Shown here in pieces: positions 50,620 through 64,000 of a DNA stretch of 64,000 nt; the first letter of the stretch is position 1; every line of letters starts with the position of its first letter. Position numbers and translations under genes: made by a program. The notes below the pieces were generated by a model. It saw nothing but the letters and a program-made list of their open reading frames with translations. It did no database searches and had not been told where the DNA came from. The stretch is taken from positions 187,122-251,121 of the forward strand of contig MU057713.1 in assembly GCA_013265495.1 (NCBI GenBank), in the 5' to 3' direction. The DNA is from Vicugna vicugna. Lineage: Eukaryota.

Positions 50620-51178
50620 AGTTGGGGACAGGTTGTGAAATGAAAGCAGCTCTTCTGCCCCTTTCCTGTTTGTCCATTTCTGTCCCCCTCTAACCTTAAA
50701 AGAAATGAGATCACTGAACAATTGAAGCTAACTCCTGACATATGCTCCCCTGAATGCACACTGCGTCTTATCTACCGTGTTGATTTTTTTCCTAGATAAA
50801 AAGAAGATAAGAATGGAGAACTAAGCAGTTGAAGAATGGTTAGCTCTCTACCCCCCAATTGCCCCCTTAGCGATCCTACAGGCAGATCACAGGGGCAAGA
50901 TAACATCTGGAGAGAGAGTCAGCCAGTCTGCATGCAATGGAGATGGATGCAGAACCAACCTCCTGCCTCGATGAGTCACTCAGATTCCTACTCCCCATTT
51001 TTCCCCTTAAAAACTGTCATAGCTGAGCAGAACTTTCCAAGATGGTCTCTGGACATGAGTCCATCATTTCCCCAGATCGCTGGCTTTTCTGATTAAAGCA
51101 CCTTTCCTTTCTACTGATACTTGCCTCTGGAATTCTTGGCTTTTGAGTGGCAAGCAGTTGAACCTGAGCTGCGTAACA
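50620..51178 (+). mobile_element. ERV1 solo LTR (MER39-like)
   Basis: ccccttaaaaact, gattaaagcacctttcc, ends ggcttttgagtggcaagcag..gaacctgag..cgtaaCA; 5' end approximate. Confidence 0.7.
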
Positions 51179-52369
51179 AGAGAAGGCATCTCTGAAGAGT
51201 CATCTGTGAGCGGAGATCTGAAGGATGCTGAGGAGTGAGCCTGAAACAACCTGGAAGAGTCATGTCAGGCTAACGGCACAGCGAAGACCTGCAGTTGGAA
51301 ATGAACTTGATGTAGTCAAAGGAGAGCAAGAAGGCAGCGTGGCTGGACTTGAAGGAGCACAGCGGAGAATGGCAGGAAAGAGGCAGCGTGGCTCTTGGAG
51401 CCCAGGAGACAAAAGTTAGAGGAAAGCAAGAGGGAGCCTCGGGAGAGATTTGAGAAGGGGAATGACTCGCCTGAGTCATTCCCATAGATCATTCTGGCTG
51501 TTGTGTGATGATGTCACTGTGGGAGGGCACGGGGACCTAGCGGAAAAGCTGTAACAGGGGTCCAGCAGAGAGAGGACGGTAGATCAAGATGGAGGGAGGG
51601 AGAAAGCACTCAAATGACTGAAGCATCCACAAGAAAAGTGAACATGTTAATCCTGTTCAAGTACTGTTTTTCTTGCAAGTGAACATTTTGACCAGAAGCT
51701 AAAATCACATTTAACCCAAGAAAACTTTAAATGAATTTTTAAATAAAAAAGGATAAAACTGCTCTGGAATATTACGTAGTGTTCATACTGTTGACAAAGA
51801 AAAGCAAAGTCTTATTTGTAAGCACTTATTTCAAGGACAGAACTTAGATCAGCTTCTTCAGTCACGATCTACAGGAAATCAAGTCAGATGTAAATTACAC
51901 AACTCAGGAGGGAAAAGAAAATCCGAGGCTCACCGGTTTAAAGAAGAGAAAATTAAAAGGAACGTAATGAATACATTTAACGAAGGAATTTAAGGAATAA
52001 ACCAGCACAGGTAAAAGGAGAGTGGACATTTTCCTTAGAAGTATGGTTGCCAATTCCTGTTATTCAGGACATCAGTATGAAGGGAAATCTCAGGTTTCAA
52101 CTGAAATGATAAGATTTCAGGTCTACAGGATTTTTTAGATAAATGCAATCTAGCATAATTTTAAAAATATTTCCAGCAAACTACTTTTTTTAAATACCCT
52201 TTGCTTCTTCATTTATCACATCTCCTCCCCTTACTCACATTTTTTTATAAAATGGTGCTCACATGAAGATTAAGTCTAGATATAAAAATACAAACAATAC
52301 TTTTTAATAACACAGGTAAGTTATCTTTTTCCCCTTTTGAACAAACACTTCATATATTAATGGCCAGCA

Positions 52370-52590
52370 CACACAGTAGTTACTATATGCTAAACGCTGT
52401 TCTGTGCATTTTATGTAAATAAAAGCATTTGATCCTCACAGCTGTATTAGGCATGTGCTCTAATTTGTCCCATTTTACAGATGAGGAAACTGAGGCCCTA
52501 AGTAGTTAAATATCTTGACTGAAGTCTCACTGCCGGAAGCCAGAATTCAAACCCAGGCAGTCGGGCTCTTATTCTTAACCACTACGTGTA
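52370..52590 (-). mobile_element. MIR SINE
   Basis: cccattttacagatgaggaaactgaggc...gaattcaaacccaggcagtc...ttcttaaccact (MIR core). Confidence 0.85.
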
Positions 52591-54289
52591 CCATCTCCTA
52601 TTGAGCTGTGCAGCTGGCAGCTTGGTTCAGGAGAAAAAAAAACAGCAGCAGCACCTGGAGGATGTAATTGATGAGAAAAAGGGAGGGGCTGGGAATACAC
52701 ATCTTTCCTCAATAGTTAATTCCACCGACACCAGGAAAGATGCAAGTGACATTTTCTAATCCTGCCAAGCATCTCCCCTAGAAGTGAGAGAGATTCACCT
52801 TCCCTATGTCAGGCAGCTTCTCATATCCTGAGGATTTTCCTTCCAGCCGTAGCAGTCAAATGCTAGCCTGCTCTGTAATAACACCAGAGAAGCTAGGTTT
52901 TTACTCAGCTGGGTGGACAAGACCTAGTTTCAAATACTTCCTTACTTCTTATTCTAGAGATTTCATTTAAGGCTGAAAAATACCCCTGCCACAAAAGGAT
53001 CTTAATATGAGAGGAAACAATTCTATTTAATTCCAGGGTGCTTCATCTTCCAACTTCACTGAATAACAAATTTCAAAACACCATTCTACCACAGCATGGC
53101 CCCTTCTTCACAAGTGGCCATAGGATACTCTCTAAAGAAATCTTCCCAGACATTCCCAGATAATTTACAAAATAGCCTTCATACATAAACACTATTAGTT
53201 TTCGTGTTATAGTACTAAAATTTTACCCCATAAAAATCCAACTAAGATCCTCAGATATTAGTATCTGCATTTGCTAAATAAATGAGTTAAAGGACAGAGA
53301 GCTTAAAGGTCTTGCATAGGATCATAAAACCAGGTACACTATGGAGAAGATATGTGGACATGGCTTCAAAAAAGTGAAGATCAGACCATTCCATCATCCA
53401 ATGGCGGTGAGTCAACCATTTAGTTACTTACTGAAAGCCCCTCATGTGCTCAGTTCCATGCTAAGCAATATTTTCATAGAGAATCATTTGAAAATCTCAA
53501 GCAAGTTACTTAACCTCCCTGTGCCTGCTTCCTTATCCATATAATGAGGCAAATGCTAGCACCTATATATCAGAATTACGTTGATTAAATGAGGTAATGT
53601 GCATCAGCATTTAGCACAGTGCCTGACACAAAGGTTTTTAATAAATTTAAAAACTTTGCAATTAAAGCAAATAATAATTGAGCTCCTCTCATCAGAAGGG
53701 TGGAGAGGTGGCCTGGGTGACATATACCAGAAATGATACATAAAGCCTTTTCCAAACTTGTGAGATTATGGAAAGAGGTAGCATCTTGGCTAATGGAAAT
53801 TCTCTTTACCCCTATTTGCTGGTAGAGGAGCACTTTCTCAGAAATATTCATACATTTATAGAGATAAATCTCACCAACAAACAAAAAAATTAGTATGAGT
53901 TTCAGAGACACACCAAAATAAATCGATCAAATGTTTGGATTAACCACCTCATTTATTTTTCCATTAAGATTACTGCCACCTCCTGATGCTTATACATTTT
54001 TGAAAGAAAACAAATATAGCAAAAAAATGAAAATCATAAAAAATAATAAATATGACTTTTAGCATAACCCTATCATTTAGCATTTTATTACACACTGCTT
54101 CTGTCATTCTTGAGTTCCTTCCTATGTTTTACCTACTCCAACTACACTAGGAAAAGTTCAAAGACAAAAACCACATCATACACTTTCTCTTTATTCCTTG
54201 CAACAGTTTCTATAATTTCCAGTGAGTGGTAGACGGTCAATAGCTTGCTATGTTGGTAGTCATGAACTATGTTCCATACCAGGTGGTGG

Positions 54290-54830
54290 CAAGGACATGG
54301 AGCACTTAGAACTCTCATGCACCTCAAGAGAAGGTCAAAACTGGGACAAACACTTTGGAAAAGTGTTTGACAGTATATACAGAAACTGAACATACACACA
54401 CCCTGTGACCCAGCACTTCCACTGTTGGTATACATTTAGCAGATACACATAAATATATGCACCTAAAAAAAATGTACAAAATATTCAAAGCAGTATTATA
54501 TGGGATAGCCCCAAACTGAAACAATCTAAATGTTCTTCCAAGACAGATGAAATAAGTGAATTATGGCATGTTCATGTTACAGAATACTGTGCAGCAATGA
54601 AAAGAAAAGAAAAGAAAAGAAAAGAAAAGAAAAGAAAAACAAACCATCCCCTCTCACATCAGTAATGGGGACTCTCACAAACAAAAGACACCAGACCCAA
54701 AGAGGTTCATCCTCTATGATTCCATTTACATAAAGGTCAAAAACAGGTAGAATGAATCTATCAAGATAGAAATCTGAATAGTGATTGCCTTTGGGAGAGG
54801 GACATAGGAGGGACTCCTGCAGTACTGGGA
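54290..54830 (+). mobile_element. Old L1 3' fragment with internal (AAAAG)n
   Basis: cactttggaaaa, ccctgtgacccagca.ttccact, atagccccaaactgaaacaa.ctaaatgt, tatgattccatttacataaaggtcaaaaacagg. Confidence 0.8.
54600..54637. repeat. (AAAAG)n microsatellite
   Basis: About 7 pentamer units. Confidence 0.95.
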
Positions 54831-55899
54831 ATAAAAAATGTTTGTGTAAATAAAAAGCCTCAGGATCGACATCATTATACTCCACCGCTGTCTTCCCCCT
54901 GCCTAGTGTTATCACTGTAACTTATGACTGTTTCATAGGAATTATAAAAGGCAGGGGAAAGAACATCAAAGCGAGAGCATTGGTCCTTAAGACCTTCTTT
55001 GAGGTTCTGTTGCTTCCTTGAGCTAGTTCTGCAAGTCAGTTGAGTTGCTAAATAAATAAATGTGCTGATCTGACACCTTTTATCCTCTAGGCGACACAGT
55101 ATCTAGTAATTCACTTGTACATAAAAAGTAAAACAAAAATACATTATGATTACAACGAGTTAAAAACGATTTAAACATCAGAAGAAACAATGGGGAGTGA
55201 CAGCTGCTCTTAAGTGAGGAAGCTGTAAAAAAGTTTTAATGCAGATAAAACTTGGAATAAGAGATCCCATGGTGGTACGAACAGAATAGTGTTAACAGAA
55301 AAAATAAGAGGATGGTTTTATCACCAGCCTAGGGACCTTCAACCCTCCAACCTCTCCCTGCTGTGCAGAACCATATCCTGTGTCCCTTTGTCCAGACAAT
55401 GGAAACAATCTCCAGGGACCGGCAGGAATTCAATAGGGCAGGTCACTGCAGTGACGTCTGGCAGTGGCTTCGGCTTTATTGTGCCTGCACAGACTGAAGG
55501 ACATGGCACTCTAGATGTTACACGTATTCAGTAAATACTTGTCTATTTGATTACTCGGGATAAAAAAAAAAAAAAAAAAAAAGAGGAAGTTCTCCATGAG
55601 GCATACACTTCCATCATAAAAGACCTTTCTTACTTTCTTCTTTCAGTGGGCAGCAGGCAGCCATCTTGTAACCTTCATCTTCTTCCTCTAACAGAAACCC
55701 CATCTCCTCCCTCACCACCCACCGCCCTGCTTCCCTTGTCTCAAGGAAGACAAAGGCTTTCCCTCCTACAGCTGGGCCTGGAAACGACAGAGGCGTCCTC
55801 CTGGCTTCTCAGTGCAGCCTCCCTCTCTCCTTACATTCTGATGACATTACAATCCGTCCTCCTCATGACATCCTCCATCTCTCCTCCATAAAATTCCCT

Positions 55900-57140
55900 A
55901 GCTTGGAATCTCAGCAGGTTCCATCACTCCAAGCTCTCACTGTCGGTGTCACCTACTGATACCTAGTCATTCCCATCCACTGCTTGGCAATTTCAGCTCT
56001 TAGTTTACTATGACTTCCTAAAACCCAGCTCCAACCTTAACTTTTGGCTATTTCAATTCATATATAGACAGGCCTTCCATCACCCTGGCCTCTTCCCAAA
56101 TGTCTTTCCTCCAGTAATCATGTCCTACACCCTTTCCTAGCCACTCACTCCCAAGTCACATGCCTCACCTTGCGATTGTCTCCACAACCTAAATTTCATG
56201 CATCCCATTCCTGATCACTTCCCATCTTCACACGCCTTCCTTCTAGTTCCTCAGTTCACTCCAACAATGCTCAGACTCACAGAAACCTGCAGAGCATTAT
56301 CCCACTAATTTTCACTGTCCTTCACCCTTCTGGTATCTCTCCACCCTCCTAACTGAATTAAAATTCCATGGAAAATCATTATCATCACTTCCTTGCTTAT
56401 GTTCTTGGCTCCTTTCCTCTCTCACCATCATCATCTCATCATCTCACCTAACAGGTCCTCTAACTTCTATTTTTAACCACCAACAACCTATTTGCAACAG
56501 AGCAGCCAGGGCTCTTTTAAAAATGTAAGTCAGATCATGTCATTTGTCTACTCAATACTCTCAATTGGCTTCCATTTCAGAGTAAAATCCAGAGTCCAAA
56601 CAACAGCTAACAAGCCCAGTCATGGCCTGTGCCCCTCGTCTCTGACTACCCTTCCCACTACTCTTCTGCTCACTCACTGCAGGCCAGCAACTGGTCCCCT
56701 GAATGAACCTCAAACCCACCGGACCCGCCAGGCATCGGGGCCTTTGCACGACCTCCTCTGCCTAGAATGCTCTTATTCTAGGTAGATCTCCGTGATTTTC
56801 TCCTTTGTCCTCAAGTTTTGCCCAAATCTCAGCTTCTAAATGAGGCTTACCTTGAAACTCCATTTAAAATTGCAACCCACCCACCCACCCCAGACTAGCA
56901 CTTCTAATCCTCCATCCCTTGCCCTATTTTTCTTTTTCCTATTGCACTTTTAACCCTCTACTATACTATATAATTTATGTATTATGTTCATTGTCTTTCC
57001 CTTTTTCCTCCACTATCAGAATTTAGACTCGCTGAGTGACAAAGGTTTGATCTGTCTTGTCCACCTGTACATCTCAAGTACCTAAAGCAATGCCTAGTAC
57101 ATAGCAGATACACAATAGATACATTTAAGTAAATGAAACA
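55900..57140 (+). mobile_element. L2 LINE fragment(s)
   Basis: tttaaaaatgtaagtcagatcatgtca, gggcctttgcac...ctctgcctagaatgctctt, caatgcctagtacatagcag...caata; 5' boundary uncertain. Confidence 0.7.
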
Positions 57141-57454
57141 TAAATATGCCTCTGTGTGTGATTTGCTGGATTTCAATAGAACCAAAAACAGATTGCAGTA
57201 AAAACTTTTCCGTATTCCTCATTTGTAATCTTTCTATAGGAAATGGACTCAAAAACATCAGAAAGTTCCTAACTGACCCATATGGTAAAGTCTAAAAGTT
57301 GATTTCTATGTTTTCCCCACATAAGTAACAAATGTCCTAATTGTAGGCCTACAAGTCAGTCTATAAAAGCATATTTATTTTTTACAGTTATCTAAAATGT
57401 CATATATTACAAATGGGTAACATTGAATTAAACCGTCCCAATATAAATTAATTA

Positions 57455-57625
57455 ATGAAAAATACACTGAAACTTTCAGAGGTGATGGATATGTCTGTCA
57501 CCTTGACAGTGGTGATGGTTTCACAGCTGTGTGCCTACGTCCAAACTCAGCAAACTGCATACATTAAATAAGTGCAGTTTTTGGAATGTCAATTTTTCCT
57601 CAGTAAAGCTGACTTTTTATTTAAA
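57455..57625 (+). mobile_element. L1 3' UTR fragment
   Basis: gaaactttcagaggtgatggatatgt...ggtgatggtttcacag...caaactca.caaactg.atacattaaata. Confidence 0.75.
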
Positions 57626-59290
57626 AATGCAAAGCAAACAACTAATAAAAGTATTATCAGTATTAACATGAATACCAACACCTAAGAGCAGCCATGTTTA
57701 ATTAAAGAAAGTGAGAAAAGAGATGGAAATTTTTATGACAATTCTGAAGGGCAGGCACTTCGAGGCCCTTTTAATGTTACTAGAAACGGAGTTTTTGTTC
57801 TGTCTCTTTTTACTTCAAAGCACGGCTTCCCCCCTCCCCCTTAAGAGTGGATCACCAGTGCTGCTCTTAAGCTTCTAGTCCACATGCAGCTTCTTTTTAA
57901 CTCACCTAAATGAAATAAAAAGAGATCTGGAAAGGGTAAAGGAGAGCAGGTGTCTGAAATTACTAAGCAACAGCTGGAAGTTGGAGAGAGGAGGCACCAA
58001 AAGGTGTTAAAAAGAAGAAAAATTACTTGAGCTGAGAATAATCGTATTGTAAAAGAGAAGGAAGCATCTTGTCTCTGCTTAGACATGGGTAGAGAAGAAG
58101 AGAAAAAAACAGTGTCTCCAAGTCCGGCGGGAAATGTGATAGTGGGTTAACTGCGTTTAAGACAAGGAAGACGAGCAAGGTAAGCGTTCAATTAGTGAAT
58201 CAATGAACGAGAGAATGAATCCATGAGTCGTGAGTTTGTAACTCCAAGGTTGCCTCCACTCTGCGGAGGGAGATGCCTGGGAAGATGTGTCACACCCTGA
58301 TGACCAGTCGTTCTGGCTGCCTTTCAAGGATTCAACTTTTATTCATACTGCCTCCATTTTAGCCCTGCTTCTTTCTCTTCTTCCAATCAGATCTTAAATA
58401 CAGATCCATTTCAGCTTCAGAGTACCTACACGCTCCTGGAAACTCACATACAACATAATTTAATTTTAAAATATGGGGGAAATGCATATTATATTATTCA
58501 ATTATATTTATATAGGACTTTCCATTTTAAGGCAAGACTTAAGCATACAAGTGCTATCAGGGCATACATACCACCTGTTACAGGCAACCTAGTCCAACTG
58601 CTCACTTTGAAAGCAGGAAAATGAGGTCCAGTGACGGTCAATGACTTGTCTAAGGTCACAGAGCTGAAATGTAATGCAGGTTCCCTCTCTGTCCCTCCTG
58701 CTTTCTTTCCAGTAACCCACACATACATCAGGCAGGCATTACTACATGCATTTTACAGAAAAGGAAAGTGAGGCAGAGACGGTCATATGCCCTAAGCTGC
58801 ACAAACAGTAGGCACCCAACTCAGCTTCGATGCTTTTCTGATACGCACACCTGCCAGTGGAACGTCACATCTGGGAAGAAACAACTATGAAGCAAATAAA
58901 CCTCAGATAATCTACCTCCAAATCATCTATTTGTTGAAATTTTCATTTCATTATTTTCATATCAAGCTCTATTCAGCAAACCTGTTTTCTCTTTTTTTAA
59001 TGTCATTAAGTCTCATAGCAAGGATTTATTATTGTATTTTTTTCTTCTCTCAATTTATATAAAAACAACTTCTAATCTCTCTTGGATGACTAGGAACAGT
59101 TTAAAATCTGGCCTGATAATAGGAGTATGGACTAGATCCTAAATTCCCTTCCATTTGGTAGCTTTTGTTTTGTAAACTATATACAGAATTTGAAAATTCA
59201 TCTTTTTCCAAAGTTGGTTTTTTTTTAAACCTTCCTTTCTCATTTATCTCTCTTGTTTTTTATTGACGAAAGGAAACAGGGTTGTGAAGT

Positions 59291-59304
59291 GTGCCCTCTG
59301 CTGG
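59291..59304 (-). promoter_or_regulatory. Consensus CTCF core motif
   Basis: Reverse complement CCAGCAGAGGGCAC fits CCASYAGRKGGCRS at all 14 positions; binding not shown. Confidence 0.55.
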
Positions 59305-60049
59305 TAAAAAGAAGAAAAGTATCATACTTTAAACCAAAGAGATCCTGTAAGTTATGTGAATATCTAGTACTATCTAAAGATCTGAAATACACTAGGCCAC
59401 AAAGGATTGATTTTTAATGTAACCATCATATTATAATATAGGCACTTAAAATTCTAAAGAAAATAGATTTACAAGGCATAGAAACTGAACTTGAATGATA
59501 GGATTGATGTTTATTTCAGCATTTTTACATCTGTTTTACTACTGAGTCTAACAGAGGCCACAGCTGGGAAGAGAAAGTGAAATCCTCCTCAGGTAGACGG
59601 AGCCACTCCAGTTTTTCATCATTTTTTGCCAAGCAAACTGTCAACTGCTTATCAATTGCAGAACAGCGATGCAAGCACTTATGCTGTTGTTTAAATGAAG
59701 GTCACCAAATTCAGTGACCAACACATCTTCTCCCCACCCATTTGCTATCGCTTTTCTCTAGTAGTTCCCCATCAACTTTTTAAATACCTGCTTGCAAGAC
59801 AGAAAAATCGAGGTCCCGAGCCCATTACAAATGTTCACTGCAAGTGTGTGCTGTGGACTCAGGCAATTTACTTAAAATGCCAACTATAAACAGGACAGTA
59901 TTTCTTACCTCTTAAGGTTGTTTGGGGACTAAATGGATGACACATGTCCCTTATTATGGGGTGTCGAGAAACAAGTCCTGCCCGGGAAGCATGAGAGACA
60001 TGCTATGATGACGGTCTGCGCTAAGTGATCTGTCCCCTGACCGCCTCTC

Positions 60050-60425
60050 CTCCCATTTCGCACTGACCCTTGTTAAGCACACCATGCCCCTGGGCCTTTG
60101 CATTTACTGACCTTTATGACTGTAGTGTTCTACAGGGCCTCACAGCCTGTTCCCAGTTCGTTTAGGGCTCTGCACCATCTCAAAGGGATCTTCCCTGATC
60201 TCCCCATATAAAATCACATACTTTTTCCCTGATAATTTTTCCCTAGCACTTATCACTTCCTATTATTAGGATGATTTTGTTTTCTAGTCCATATCTTCCC
60301 ACTAGGAAGCAAACTCTGAAGGACAAGGAGTTTACTCATTTGGTTCACTGCTTTGCTCACAGTAAGTGGAAGGGTACCTGGTTCACAGTAGGTAGTTAGT
60401 ATGCATTGACTGAATCAGTAAATGA
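60050..60425 (+). mobile_element. L2 3' end
   Basis: gggcctttgcattt, tagcacttatcac, cccactaggaagcaaactc, gtacctggttcacagtaggt. Confidence 0.7.
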
Positions 60426-60756
60426 ACTTATCAGGGGTGTTACAGAGATAATTTCTGCTTTAAATGGAAGAGTAAACTAAGAACTTCTAGAGCCCCACTG
60501 TGTGATTTTATAAAGAAAGATCATCTTGCATAAATAGACCCCATCCTCTTCCCATTGATTACTAAGAGAGTACTTTCAGAAGTCCTCATAAACAAGACTT
60601 ATTTATAGTAAGTCCTTTCTTACTCCTTTTTTGCAAAGGAATGAACTAGAAACAAATCAATGCAATGAATTTTTGAGGACACGGTGAAAAAAGATTGAGC
60701 AGATGTTTAAATAACTGAACCTACCACGTAAAATATGTTCTGCTCCATATTGCATG

Positions 60757-61399
60757 TAGTAGTCTCCCCTTATCCTCAGCTCCTTGCCATAGATGCAGCT
60801 ACTTGCAGTCAACTGTGGCTTGAAAATATTGAAAGGAAAATTCCAAAAATAAACAATTTGTAAGTTTTAAATAGCACAGCATTCTGAGTAGCATAATGCA
60901 ATCTTACGTCATCTTGCTCACTTCTACCCAGGACCCTCAACCACTGTCGTCATCTGCTCCTGACATCCAACCATCGACATCATCATGGCTCAATGATCCA
61001 CGATCACCTGAGTCAGATGACCCTCCTGGCATGTCCTCAGAAGGTCAACTGTAGCCTGACGCCAAGTCCCAGTGCCAACGCCATGCACTTCTTTCGTCTC
61101 ATCACGTGGGCATTTTACCATCCCACATCACCACAAGAAGGATGAGTACAGCACAGTAAGGTATTTTGAGAGAGAGACCACATTCACATACCTTTTATTA
61201 AATTATATTGTTGTAACTGTTTTATTTTATTATTGTTGTTCTTAACTGCTTACTGGGCCTAATTTATAAATTAAACTTTATCGTAGGCATGTATGTATAG
61301 CAAAAAACAGTGTGTATGTATAAGGGTCAGTACTTGGAGGTTTCAGGTATCCACTAGGAGTCTTGGAATGTATTCCCCCAAAATGAGGGGGGACTCCTC
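60757..61399. mobile_element. MER44/Tigger7-like non-autonomous element
   Basis: Terminal inverted repeats tagtagtctccccttatcc ... atgaggggggactcct; internal gaaaattcca.aaataaacaat and gagagagaccacattcacata. Confidence 0.85.
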
Positions 61400-64000
61400 C
61401 ACATTTTCCTTGTGATTAAGTGTTTTAAGAGCAAAAATAGCTATAAGAATATCACATTCCTGGAAATGGTTAAGTGGTTAAATGTTAAATATTTCATATA
61501 GTACTTACTCTTTTTTTAAATTAAGCTTATAATAGAATAATGCTTCTCAAGAATGAAAAAGGAAAAGCGATAACATAGGAAAAATATAAATTTTAAATGT
61601 GTGAGCATATGCTAGTACCTACTGATTTTTTCCACTATGACACTGCCAAAACTTGTTACAAGAGAAATATTTTAACACACCATCACACACTATAACATCT
61701 TCTAAGCCTGGTCCAAAAATGATATGCCTAGAATTTATCTTAAAGAAATATCACACCATATTAAAAATAATGCTACTATAAAAACCCTATTTTATGATGG
61801 ATGTTTTAAGTATACCTGTGATCATTAAGGAATTAGCAAAACGATGAAATTGTTAACATGTCCAAACACTCCTATCTGGTCTTCTGGTATTGCCGTCTCT
61901 TTAGATGCATCAGGATTACACAGAAGAAAAATGATTGCAGTCCTTTAGTGTTCTGAAAAATGCCTGACACTGTCCATTTTATTGCCAGCATTTTAGGCTT
62001 CATATTGTACATGATGAGCGAAATGACCTTTGAAGAAAATTGTGGGGTTGAGTAGAGAAAAATCAAATGACAGAAATTGACAGGATGGACTGTTGTTTCA
62101 AACTCGGATCTTCGTCTCAAATGACCAACTTTTGTAACCAGTAAGTTGTTATTATTTAGTCATGTTTCTCAATGAAGTCTCCATCCAAGTACATATTATA
62201 AGAAAGGAAACCTGGTAGCACATATAATCAGCTTTAAAAAAACAAGGCAAAGCATGAGAACTTCATTATCTAGTCATTTGCAGAAATAATGATATTGAAT
62301 GTGTAAATTTAGATCGTCATAGCATTGCACAAATAAATTATTTAAAATCAATTAAATGAATTTTGGGAATATCTTAAGACCAAAAGGTGATGCAGTTCCC
62401 CTTCGGCATGAAACCACGTTCCCTGGCACCCATCCTTCTTACAGAGATATCAAAAAGCAAGGGAGAAACCTCAAGTTCTTTAGACTATTCATTCACTCAG
62501 TAAACACTTCTTGAGTGTCTAATATGTGTCAGGAAGTAACAGCTGCTGAAAATATGAAGATTACATGTACATAGTTCCAACCCCCTTATCTCTGACAGAA
62601 TTGATAACATGGCAGGGAGGACCTCTGCTTTGGGGGATAACATTACCACCATGAAAAACGCTCAAAGAAAAGCCAAAAAGTAACTAAGCATTAGACACAG
62701 AACAGTTTAGACCCATTCATTTGGCCATTCCAGGCATTTTTAAAAATCATGCAGAAGTCCAATGTTCTTTCAAACTGACTCCGCCATCACAGGCGATACA
62801 TCATGTCATCCCTTCCGCTTATCACCCCAGAAAGTAATGAGAGAATTCTATTCCTTGTTTCGCGTATCAGGGAACTAATGTTCTGAAAGCTCTGTGACAC
62901 GTACGAGTTAAGAAGACGAGATCTTAGATCTGAACCCTCGTCTGCCAGCATCTAGCCCATGGTTTTTCCTTGTGTAATAATTTATCTTACTATATGGAGT
63001 AAACTCATCTTCCTTCCGTTTGTTTCTCTCTTCAAACACTGATGGGAACGCCTTACTGCAAAGTAGCATTTGTTAAAATGATTCAACGTACTTTGAAAAG
63101 TGCCCACAAACAGCTCTTCCAGTACCACAAAGGCATAAAGGAAAGTGTCCCATTGAGGTAGCTTCATTTTAATACCTAGATGTGACTGAGAAACACACCC
63201 TTCTCAATTAACCCTTACATTTTCCTACTATATTTTTCCCAGCATTTAAAACACCTATACAAAAACATTAATTTGGAACTGTGGTATAAGATAGTCAATG
63301 AGCTCCAGGGTTTGCATTAAGTAGACCAGAGCTAACATCTCAGCAACTCCACCGAGCTCTGCTGGAAACCCCAGTTTGCCTCATCTGTAAGGTAGAGCGA
63401 GTACCAACTACCACATTTGTAAAACGCCTGGTTGAGCTCTCAGCACACCAAAGCTAAAATAATCATGTTTGCATATAATTTGCAAATGCTCTTAAGTCAT
63501 TCCAAAGTCAAAAAAATTATGACTAATTTTAGTCACACCCAGGAGACACTGAATAAAAGTGATTTAGCTGTGACAATAAGAAGCCAGACTGCCTGATACA
63601 CATCAAGTATGTGGAGAATTATCAATAAATATTATCTGATTATCACATGATTAAAAGTTGGTAAGTCTGTACTTCTCCTAAGGTAAATATAAAAAAACCA
63701 AAATATTCTGTCTGTATTAAAACTCTTATTTTTTTTATTACTTTTACTTCCCTTTAGGTTAATGTATCACATTGAAATCAATGAGAAGCTCACTTAACAT
63801 CTTTCTCATTTCTCAGCTCCTCTAGCAAAACCAACTGCTGGCTTACAATAGTGTTGTTGTTACTGTTGTAAGTTCTGTAGATGTTTTGTGAAGGCATGGT
63901 CAGAAAGAAAATATCTCCCATTTTTACCAGCACATTCAACTTCCACTGCTTACATACACTCTTGCTGAATTTTGTCTAAGCCCAGAAGAAGAACTATCTC

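Larger units (their letters stand above)
50190..51600 (-). mobile_element. L2 3' end (reverse), split by an L1 tail and an ERV1 LTR
   Basis: tcaatcattc..caaatactgact...ggaaatacagca; resumes after the insertions with gaaggcatctctgaagag...tagatcattctggctgttgtgtga. Confidence 0.6.

Overview
Mammalian (eutherian) genomic DNA, AT-rich and dominated by interspersed repeats: L1 and L2 LINE fragments, MIRs, ERV1/ERVL/MaLR solo LTRs, and Tigger and hAT DNA-transposon relics. I saw no Alu, B1/B2, Bov-tA/BovB, PRE-1, SINEC or ERE SINEs, and one L1 3' UTR looks cetartiodactyl, so a camelid-like host is plausible (inference only). The only recognisable protein-coding sequence is an intronless, poly(A)-tailed, TSD-flanked retrocopy of PPP1R14B (PHI-1) at about 24756-25614 (+). 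Its reading frame is open except for a 1-nt frameshift near the C-terminus, and its start codon falls in a 65-N assembly gap. A small CpG-rich promoter-like region at about 13.4-13.8 kb, with a minus-strand splice donor, suggests an unidentified, possibly non-coding transcript. Also present are two local duplications, a candidate AP-1/ETS-IRF/C/EBP enhancer and a consensus CTCF motif. I found no prokaryotic-type system (CRISPR, operon) and no novel system that I can support. Repeat family names are from recalled consensus sequences, not a database search, and most repeat boundaries are approximate.
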